DNA of 63,843 bases, filler included, from Octopus bimaculoides (lineage: Eukaryota): assembly GCF_001194135.2 (NCBI RefSeq). It is 6 parts of 6 records of this genome, joined end to end, with 100 filler letters (N's around TTAATTAATTAA, not from the genome) between each part and the next. Parts side by side here need not be neighbours in the genome. Positions count along the whole stretch, not along the records: positions 52,758 to 62,583 come from NC_069001.1; positions 62,684 to 63,843 come from NW_026408392.1; 4 more parts are not named here. One strand, given 5' to 3'. Positions 53,509 to 63,843 of the stretch are shown here, in pieces. The notes under the pieces are model-generated. The model had not been told where the DNA came from. It did no database searches and was given only the letters and a program-made list of their open reading frames with translations. The first letter of the stretch is position 1. Each line of letters starts with the position of its first letter. The position numbers and the translations under genes are program-made.

Positions 53509-54905
53509 TATGTGGGTGTGTATACACACATATATATATATATACATACCCAAATATATGTATTATCTAAACATAAAAAAAATATTCATTGGGAATATGC
53601 CAAGAAGAAATATTGAGAATAAATGTTTCCATTGATATAATATATTTTCTTTTTTGTCACCGTGTCTAGTTTGAATAACGTTCTTTGTTATAAAGAAAAA
53701 TCTTTGAATATCTTATCGCAAATATTTTGTTGGTGAAATGGTTGTACATATTTCTGAAAACATGTTTAGGCTCAACTCCAATTCTTCACTCCAAAATTTC
53801 TCTCAACTCTATTCGAAAGGAATTTCTTTTTATATATCTTGCGGATTCCTGAAGTGTTTACTTTGTATACGACTGTATTTAACGAGATCTGATACTTGTC
53901 TGCAGGTCTTCGGCTTTAAGCACCGAACCCTTTTCCAAACTTACGTTGAATGAAGCAACGGCTATCATAGCAATATTCCTACGATGTTTCACCCGTGTAC
54001 TGTATTTAATGTTGGTGGATATGGAACCTTTATCTTTCGGAACAACAGTAATAACACAACAACTCCATTTTCAGATCCAAGAATCCTTTATATAATCGTT
54101 CGCCTTCACAGGATTTTACTAATATATCCAGTTTTAGACATAAATCTTGCTTCAACTCATAAACGGTGAGAAAGTGTTGCATGATTCTGCGTGCCAAACG
54201 GAGAAAAGGGAAAAAAAGACACAAATACCTTTATCTCTGAAGGTAATTTTTATATATCTTTTCAATTTAAATACGTGCAAAAATTTAGAAAATATTTGCC
54301 TCTCACCGAATAAAATTTGCAATCTAATTATCGAAAAGTGCCGTTAAATAGTCACATTGTTTCCCTTTACCGTGAGCATAAATTAATTCGAGATTCCTTT
54401 ATTGCTCTTCTAAAACGAATGTACGAGTGAAAAAAACGATAATCGACGCCCTTCTTCCTTCCAAATCTAGTTAAAACATCATATGATCGTTCTTACACAC
54501 AACAAAATTAATTGCAGTACTACCTCTGTTGTAAAACAAAACAAGTCTTTCCTGGAGATACATCAAATCACATAATAATATATAGTTTCACTATAGTTTA
54601 AAGGCATGGGCTGACGATGTGAATTTTCCGAGTCTTCTACCCCACGCCATCCCATTCGCGAGCACGCATTTTTTTTTCATATTCCTTTAGGGCAAATTGT
54701 CTTACACCTATTATACTATTTTTCTTTTGTTTTTTGTTTCTTGCTCTGGTCAAACACTTTAGTTAAACCATAATACACACACACACACACAGACACACAT
54801 ATATATATAAACATACATATTATTATATGATTTTATGTATAAATTAACGGAATGCGATAAAAATTCCAAGGCTGCAAAAGCTGTCAGAACATTTGCAAAG
54901 AGAAG

Positions 54906-54953
54906 GTCTTACAGCTGTTTTCGGAATGTTTTATATATCCCTTCATCAGAGAC
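54906..54953 (-). ncRNA. Candidate type-I hammerhead ribozyme in a cassette of about 140 bp flanked by TA-rich repeats
   Basis: Minus strand reads GTCT-CTGATGA-A-GGGAT..ATTCC-GAAA(A)-CAGCTG-TA-AGAC: 4-bp helix I, 5-bp helix II, palindrome ACAGCTGT. Confidence 0.6.
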
Positions 54954-54964
54954 GAAGCGAAAAA

Positions 54965-55006
<42 letters not shown>

Positions 55007-55170
55007 GTTTGTGTGTACGTGTGTATACTGTGTTTGTGAGGGCAGCATCATACTTTTATAAAGAATCTGTTGTCAGTAACTTTCCATTTGTCATAATGAT
55101 TTATTATGAGTAATATAACTCGACATAAAACAAAGACGGTTTTATATATGCATATATACATATATATGCA

Positions 55171-55233
<63 letters not shown>

Positions 55234-56859
55234 GTATCTATAAAGACATTTACGACCAAATAATTTTAAGTATACGTACATAAAATCATTGACGTGTAAT
55301 TCAAATATTATGTGCGTATGATATCAGGGCATAGGATATCATATATCTGGTTATGGTATTGCCTCAGGTTTGAGTGGAAGTTTGTATTCTTCCAGGCGTT
55401 AATCTCACCAGTTAAGGTCAAATATTCAGAGCATAGATATTTCTCGGTTATGAGAATTGAAGTTGAAAGATAGGAATAAATCGCCTTGTACTGCAGCTAT
55501 AGCTATTCAAGTAGAAATATTTATTAATTGAAATATAAACCTGATCTAAGATTATCTTGGCAAAATGCCACTGTATGTTCAACACGATTAATTATTTATG
55601 TAGAGAGGGAGGTATTACTTAATTATATCGAAGAGTTAAAAGATAACCGAAATATTCTCACCAGGATCTTCCCCCTTATTTAACTCTTAGCATTAACACA
55701 AATACGTTTACTCTATATGAATGCGATATTCTATATTGCAGTGCTTCGTTCCAAATGCATTATTTCGCCCACTCAGTTTCTGTGTCAAAATCATAGTTTT
55801 CTAACCACTAATAAATCATCAATAAAAAAAGAAAAGGACACAACAACAAAGAATACGTGTATTACACAGAGCTATATGTATGTATAACTGCCATGTTTTC
55901 TTAGTAATGCTCAACCGCCCACCTCATTGTGAGCAAAGAGCTAAGAAGCTTCCGAAGCTTAATTAACTAACCGAAAGGAATTTTCAGATATTTCACATAG
56001 AATAATACCACGAGCCACCTGCAGAATTATTATAATGAGAGCGAAAAGAAATTCTGTGAGACTTCGGAAATAGTATGTACGCATTTCAATACGGTAAGGC
56101 AGGGTTTCATCGTTATTATATATATATATATATATATATATAGTTTTAGGGAAAAGTACAAAGTTTCACGAACTCATCATGAACTCATATATTTATATTT
56201 TATACTGTGAAATTTTATTTAATTTTAATTTTCAATAAATTGAATTTAATTGAGTTTTTACCCGTAAATTTTGATGTTTATCCCTAATATTATATATATA
56301 TATGTATATATATGTCAGAACTTCCTGTGGCCAAGGCAGCGTGGTGTTCGATTATAAATAAATAAAAGGCAAAACACACATTGTGTACAGAACACACCCA
56401 ACAAGGGAAAACTATGTAAACACGCAAGAGATAAGTACTGGACAGCCTTCACAACAGTAACTTCTATTTATATGTTCTTTCTTTCTCTCTATCCCACTAT
56501 AACCTTTTTTGCTTCCGCTATCTGTCTTTCTTCCATTCCTTATTACCTATCATTGTTTCTCCCTTCTCCCCACTCCTTTTGTTTCTTTTTTTCTCTCATC
56601 CTCTCTCTTATCCACCCTCCCCTCTGTCTCAGTTATTCACACGTGACTACAGGCCATTTCTATAGAACCTTTCTCTCCTATATTAGACGTTCATCGGGTT
56701 GGATGCCATTTTTCTCGGCTCTCGACACTTTTTTCCTACTACGTTCTTCTCATCTCATTCTTCTATTCTACTATTTCCTTCTTTTCTAATTAATCCACTT
56801 CCTTGAAAAAATTTTTTCCAGGGGTCACTCATTATGAGAAGTATAGGACAGTAGAGAGA

Positions 56860-57395
56860 CATTGTTATGGTTGCAGAGAGGAAGGCTGAACGGGGAAACA
56901 GAAAGTTTGTTAGTAGACGCACAAGATCAAGCATTATGAACTAATTGGGTAAAAGCAAAGATAGGCAAAAACCGAGTAGATTCCCAATGTAGGTTATGCA
57001 CATCAAAAGAGGAAAGCGCTACTCATATAGTGAATGTAGCATGCTAGCACAAAAAGAGTTATAAGTAAAGACATGACAATCTAGAAGGAGAAATCAATTG
57101 GGGGTTATACGGAAAACTAGGATTTGAATATATTCGAAAGTAAGAATTATAAAGTGTTGTGCGACTTGAATATTTACATTGACAAAGTAATAGAAGCTAG
57201 AATGCCTGATTCTCTAGAGGTAGATAAAGAGAGTAGAAAGTGCCAGATAATTGACTTTCTCTTCACAATTGATGCAAAAATTAATATGAGAGGTATAGGA
57301 AAAAAAGGCAAGGTGCATTAGGAAGTATCCCTAGAGATTTCAACAGATAGATAGGGGAAATGGGCATAAAAACCGAGATTTGTGCAGCCCCAGAA
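56860..57395 (+). mobile_element. Degraded R4/Dong-like LINE 3' fragment
   Basis: WLQRGRLNGETESLLVDAQDQAL, CRLC..KEES.THIV, RHDN, YKVLCDLNIYIDKVIEARMPD..IID. Confidence 0.8.
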
Positions 57396-57863
57396 AACAG
57401 TGTTCACACACACACACACACACACACATATATGTATATTCTGTATTATAGTAACTATTTCTATGCGTTTCACTGTCACCTAGATACACACACACATATA
57501 TATACGTATGTATATATANNNNNNNNNNNNNNNNNNNNNNNNNNNNNNNNNNNNNNNNNNNNNNNNNNNNNNNNNNNNNNNNNNNNNNNNNNNNNNNNNN
57601 NNNNNNNNNNNNNNNNNNNNNNNNNNNNNNNNNNNNNNNNNNNNNNNNNNNNNNNNNNNNNNNNNNNNNNNNNNNNNNNNNNNNNNNNNNNNNNNNNNNN
57701 NNNNNNNNNNNNNNNNNNNNNNNNNNNNNNNNNNNNNNNNNNNNNNNNNNNNNNNNNNNNNNNNNNNNNNNNNNNNNNNNNNNNNNNNNNNNNNNNNNNN
57801 NNNNNNNNNNNNNNNNNNNNNNNNNNNNNNNNNNNNNNNNNNNNNNNNNNNNNNNNNNNNNNN

Positions 57864-57920
<57 letters not shown>

Positions 57921-60900
57921 GAGAGGGGGAGAGAGAGAAAGAGAATTGCAGTTAGATAGATACATACATATTTACATATATATACCTATCTGTTTCCCTC
58001 TCTCTCCCTCTCTTTCTCTGCCTCTTTTTTCCTCTCTCTCTCTATGTATGTATGTATGCATGTATGTGTAAAAAACGTGTGCATATATAACATGGAAATG
58101 TAGACTGATAGATATGAACTTAAATGTAATTATGTTTGTTATACTTAGACGCCTTCTTAATAAATAACAGCGAGTTTCGTTTCCACTCCGACACACATGA
58201 ATAATTATCTCTTCTATATAAACACATATAACTGAACGATAATTATCTTTGGCAGAAGACTGACATCAGAGCTGGTTAACCTGTTTCAAAACACGGTTGA
58301 TTGAGGGTGCTTGAACATATCATGCTTTCCATATAAACAATATCATTCCAAAAAATCGTGACTAGAAGACAATCGAAGAAATGTTATTCCCACTTAAAGA
58401 TAAGCCTTGGCAGAGAGCCAGGATAATTATTTGTAGAATTAGTGAATGAAGACGTTTACAGAAATTCTTACGCCATAATGCAGAATCTACATCCACAAAT
58501 ACAGGTGAGCCACAATTGTTTCATGTATAACTTGCATTATTCAGAAATGTCGATGATACTTAATTCCCTACGAACCCTTGCTTGTATGATTCAGATTTTC
58601 ATTTTGAAAATTTTGCGGTGCTGTTACAATCAACAATTTTTGCTTCTTAGAGTTTCTTTAAATAGTTAATGGAAGAACAAGCATATGCTTGTTTTAGGCA
58701 ATAACTATCCATCATTTCGGATTGGAAATGGCATGCACTTAGGAACCTCTCTTTCACAGATGAGATATCTACAGCAAGTGTTAAGTGACAACGGAAGCAG
58801 TGCGATGTTTGCCGTACATAGACTGCTAGGTGCCAATTAGAGCAAAAAATGTTATTAGTAAACATTTTGCTTACAGCAATCGCATGTATNNNNNNNNNNN
58901 NNNNNNNNNNNNNNNNNNNNNNNNNNNNNNNNNNNNNNNNNNNNNNNNNNNNNNNNNNNNNNNNNNNNNNNNNNNNNNNNNNNNNNNNNATATATATGTA
59001 TATATATATATATACATGTATATATGTGTGTGTGTATATATGTATGGCTGTGCATAAATTTTCTTGCATTATATTTTATAAAATGTCATAGTTATGCATA
59101 CGCATTAGTGGTTGATGTGTGTCTGGAAAGTAGTGGCGACATACATGATTACAATATAAAACAGATATAAATACACATTTCAAGTTATATGCAAAGAGAA
59201 CTGCACTCGTCTTCCAATGAAGTTATCCATGTAAAGGATTGTTGCAGTGATTTCATCATGAGTGTAAAATAGCATGGAAAATTCTGGGATGTATAACCTG
59301 CAATGTATCTTCGAAGCAGGTCTATGTACATTTATCAATACATATTACGCAAGTGGGAGAGAAGTCAGTGAACGGATCTCCTTTATGAAATTGAATGAAG
59401 GAATGGATGAAGTGGGATAAACCTGTCAGGACCGATAGTTTATTCAAACACAGTCTCTGCATAGGTGTATGGGTAGATTCTACTATTTTAGAATTTATTT
59501 GCACTTCCCTCCAGAGGAAAAACACACCGGGAATATACGACGTTAATAAATTATTAATTCCTTCTTGCGCGTTATCAGAATCTCAATACGCCATACTTTA
59601 TGAGTTTTTCTTTTGTCTATCAATGCCAGAAGCAAACAATGACAAACTCATATATATATGATTATTAAACTAAAACAAAAATGAATGGTACATTTATTAT
59701 GTATATAGATGAGTGGAAGAACACATTTAAATATGATGTCTTAAAGAATCGTTTAAGTTTTGTATATTAAAATAATTAAAATAAAAGCTGATGGCCAAAT
59801 TATTTTCGGTGGATGAAAAGTCATTTTGAAACAGTTCAAATACGAGATGATTCGAGTGAGTTAAAAGTATGACTGTTTTACCCAGAAATTTCGGGGTACA
59901 TTTATTCTGAGCACAAAGAATCCCTATTTAAAAATGATACCGTCTTTCTCGTCCAAAGATGAGAATTCTATAATCTCACAGATACTGAAATGGAAGATTT
60001 TGTAAGGCATCATTAGACAGTTACGAATATCATAAGGATTCCCAGAAAGCAGCACGAAAACATTACGCATATCCGTTTGATATATCATGATTGAGACATA
60101 TGGCAACATGTCAAATCTCTCACATTTTTATGTGGAGGCATTTTGGTAAATATTGTGACATAATATATTGTATAATAAAACAATTATATACATATATGAC
60201 ATTTATTAGCAAAGAACATAACTTATATAGAATGGTTTACAGTACATGTTCCATTCAATATTGAATTGCACACGTTTTCAGCTTGTTATCATTTCTATTA
60301 CTAGGTTTGTTTTTCGCAATTTAGCATGACTCAATGTTCATGCCTTGTGTCGTAACACTCAGGAAAATGGGGTGGCGTCTGAAACCCATATTAAAGGAGG
60401 GTTTTGGTCGCCCGTCTCATTTTTACTGTGATATTTTATATGCGTATGTTTATGTATATGTGTGTGTGTAGAGAGAGAGACGCATAGATATACACACCAG
60501 CTTCATCACGCGCATTGTGTACATGTAGATACATACTTGTCTAGGTATATACATACATTGATATACATACATATATCCAGAGGGGTGACAATTTCGAAAT
60601 GGTCGGGCAAAATATATGTCTATAGCCGATAGCACATCGGGAAGTGGCAACATCTATAATGCTAATTTATGATATATTGCAGAAGAATATAGGAAATCAT
60701 TCTTTGTTCCATTCACCGTTCCCCAATCCATTAAGAGTGGGAAAATTTTTAGCTCTCACCATAGACCATAGCGTTTAACTGACATTTATTGCGATAGGTT
60801 TCCGTTAGGGCAAAGTAAATCCTTGGGTTCAATGGTCAGAGATCTAGCTTTCAATTCGTATAAGTTTCTACTTGTGTGTATAGATACACGTGATTAATGT

Positions 60901-61719
60901 CTTGAACATTCACTGAGAATATAGTTGCTAAAGTTACTATTTGTTTATGGTATTTCCTGATTCGTACATTGATCTCATTGCTGTTTCGTGAAAACACTGT
61001 GGATCTTTTGTACACCGTGGTAACAATAGATGTTGCAAGCTGTTGAGTTTTAGAGTGAATCTGTCTCTGGAATATTCTAGCGAGTCTCAACATTTATATT
61101 GGTTAACATGCTATTCACAGTCTAAATATACCCAAATATTGTCTTTTATTTTAAAAATATTTTTCAGCAAGTATCAGTTATAACCATTTTATCACGGTGG
61201 AACTTAATTTAATATTCTGTTCATTTTGAAATATATAAGTTAATATAATACCTATTCAATATTTAATCTGAAATCGTAAAACAGTAAAAGCATCAGTATT
61301 TGAAGAAAGCGAAAGTATGAGAACATCGAATTATGTTATAGAGCAGGGAAACATAAAGTGAGATAACAAAAAACAACAATGAATATAGAATATATTAAAG
61401 AGTCTGCGCGATAAGAAGAATCAAATATCATACATCTGAATGGCAATAAGAACGACATACAAAATCAAAATGGTTTACGTAAATACAACGGAGATAATAT
61501 AGAGGTGGTGAGAAATATTTCAGTTTAGGTTAACTCTGAAAGATATACTGCAATATATAAATACAGCGAAAAGTGTATGACTGTGAGTGAGGCGGGAGAA
61601 ATTAAAGCTGATTTAAAGCACACAAAAAAGCAAGACCAAAAAGAGAAACTGAAGAAGTAAGAATTAATAGATTAATGGTTATAAATTTTTGCTGAAGGTT
61701 TATAGATGCTAGTGAAATA

Positions 61720-61758
<39 letters not shown>

Positions 61759-62544
61759 NNNNNNNNNNNNNNNNNNNNNNNNNNNNNNNNNNNNNNNNNN
61801 NNNNNNNNNNNNNNNNNNNNNNNNNNNNNNNNNNNNNNNNNNNNNNNNNNNNNNNNNNNNNNNNNNNNNNNNNNNNNNNNNNNNNNNNNNNNNNNNNNNN
61901 NNNNNNNNNNNNNNNNNNNNNNNNNNNNNTATATATATTGGCACCTGACACGAACCTGTCTAGCGCTTATACCAATATGCATATATATATATATATATAT
62001 CAATAAATGTGTGTGTGTGTGTGTAACACTGCTTTATGATTTACGCTGCTGAATGTAAAGTAATATATGATCGTACACTTTACGTTAGAATATGAAAGTT
62101 TAATACAGACGATGTCTCGAAAGATTTTAACATGTAGAATAATGAGGTGGGGGAAGAAATAGAAAATAAATATAAAAACATAAAATATGACGAAGAGAAA
62201 AATTGAAATGAAGTGGTAGTATAAGCGGAATGGCAAGAAGAAATACGAAGTTGTAGACGTCGATAGAAAAAGACGAAGTAGTAGTAGTGGTGGTGGTGGA
62301 TGTGGTAGCATTAGTAGTAGTAGTAGTAGTAGTAGTGGTGATGGTAGCATTAGTAGTAGTACTGATAGTAGTAGACACTAGAATAGGAACAAAAACAACA
62401 AAGAAAAACAGAAACAACAAAGAGGAGGACAAAACAATAAGATAATGTCTGTAGAATCAATTAAATTTTGAAAATGAAATGTATTTTACTAAACACTGAC
62501 TTGACAATTATTGAAAATGTGTATACAATTTTTTGGGCCCCCCC

Positions 62545-62583
<39 letters not shown>

Positions 62584-62683
62584 NNNNNNNNNNNNNNNNN
62601 NNNNNNNNNNNNNNNNNNNNNNNNNNNTTAATTAATTAANNNNNNNNNNNNNNNNNNNNNNNNNNNNNNNNNNNNNNNNNNNN
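62584..62683. other. Assembly linker
   Basis: N44-TTAATTAATTAA-N44. Confidence 0.95.
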
Positions 62684-63715
62684 AGTCGGTTAGGGTTAGG
62701 GTTAGAGAAAACGAACACACGTGTGTTGCCTCTGCAAAATGTCAGAAGTAATGGAGATTAAATACGCTTTACACCGCTTAAAGTGCCAAAGGAGTAAGTA
62801 TAAACAGCTGAATACTTGTCACTGATTAGTTGAAATTATCGAAATAAGACAATTTTTTACATGAAATAAATCCGAATACAAAATTTTTTTCTGTTCTATA
62901 ACACAAAATAGATAAGTATACGAAGTTTGAAAGTCTTTCGGTACCAAAAACACTACATAAAACATAAATGAAAACTGGTGCCCCCGTTTTGAACAAGATC
63001 CGGATTCGTTATAGAATCTTCGTTGACTATGAGATTTGAAGCATAAACCGAGTAAACGTATACACGTATCGTCCACATTAGAGTTGGAATCGTAATTCCA
63101 TATTGCGATCGGTTATGCTACATAGACACTATTTTCTCAAGTAAACTTCCGACGACAAAACAAACTTCAGTCAGTCTCCATTCACTCTCTGGTTTCAAAC
63201 CGAAACATTTTGTAATTCAATAATACTTTGGTGAGATTTTAGTCTGTTTTTCTTTATCGCCACCTTGTATACAATACCTTCAAAGCCTAGTGTACTCTGA
63301 CTTACGCAAAAACTCGTGACTTACCAACATGTTTTTAATTCACATATATTTCTTTTATATATGTAAAAGAATTGCATGGAACACAGAAAGTTGAATGAGG
63401 GTGAAGTAAACACGATAGTTGTTATTAAAAGAAATGTATAAAAAAAAAAAAAAAGACTTGAACAAAAAGATGGCGAATAAAATTGGTTGAACAGTAAAAG
63501 GGAGATAACTAAATCTGGTTATGAATGTGTGAGATTATGGAAGCTTGGACGTAATAAATTTTACCATATAAACTTATAGAAGCGTGGGAATTAAAACTGA
63601 AATGCATGTTGTGAGAATAAATACATTTTAATTACATTAATTGAATAATGAAGACACGCGCGTGTGCGTGTGGTTGTGTGCGGAAATATATAAATATTTA
63701 TTCTCACTGGGGGAA

Positions 63716-63843
63716 ATGGATAATGAGAAAGGATGCGGTAAAGGATTGGTAAACGAGGAATTCAGCTGCTGCGGAAAGGTGTTTGCTAGTTATATCGGGC
63801 TCAGAATCCACCAAGGGAAGGTATGTCAGAAGAAAGTAATTCA
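63716..63843 (+). CDS. Open frame running off the window edge with a CC..H..C zinc-finger-like motif; possibly the N-terminus of a site-specific non-LTR element
   Basis: MDNEKGCGKGLVNEEFSCCGKVFASYIGLRIHQGKVCQKKVI; resembles the CxCGKxxxxxxGLxIHQ start of HERO/R2-group ORFs (from memory). Confidence 0.35.
   Translation, partial: MDNEKGCGKGLVNEEFSCCGKVFASYIGLRIHQGKVCQKKVI

Noticed and set aside
53660-54350. Coding-looking minus-strand stretch with YTGET (GIY-YIG-like)
   Set aside because: Many stops and no supporting motifs; the family cannot be assigned.
56140-56290. TA-flanked island with ATGATGAGTTCGTGAAAC on the minus strand
   Set aside because: The core C is missing and there is no helix II; too degenerate to call a ribozyme.
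62688-62703. Telomere (TTAGGG)
   Set aside because: Only about 2.5 units, followed by ordinary sequence.

Overview
This is AT-rich, microsatellite- and SINE-saturated animal DNA; the repeat families and style point to an octopus/cephalopod draft assembly (inference). It is not one contig: five 100-bp linkers (44 N + TTAATTAATTAA + 44 N) join six pieces, so neighbours across linkers may be unrelated. Most ORFs in the track are microsatellite or N-gap artefacts. The only recognisable host gene is the last two coding exons of a divergent exostosin (EXTL3-like, GT64 domain) gene at 46562-46690 and 48754-48980; an assembly duplication breaks the second exon. The rest is decayed transposon DNA: R4/Dong-type non-LTR fragments, a DD34D-type mariner, a DD41D rosa-type Tc1/mariner, a hAT remnant, piggyBac-, hAT- and Merlin-like MITEs, a Helentron-like element and several tRNA-derived SINE families. 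The most interesting signal is a set of short, mutually different cassettes, mostly embedded in microsatellites, each carrying a minimal type-I hammerhead ribozyme fold with a palindromic helix III (best at 21092-21154 and 54906-54953). They resemble Penelope-element or retrozyme hammerheads. Activity is untested. TE and SINE boundaries were read by eye and are approximate.
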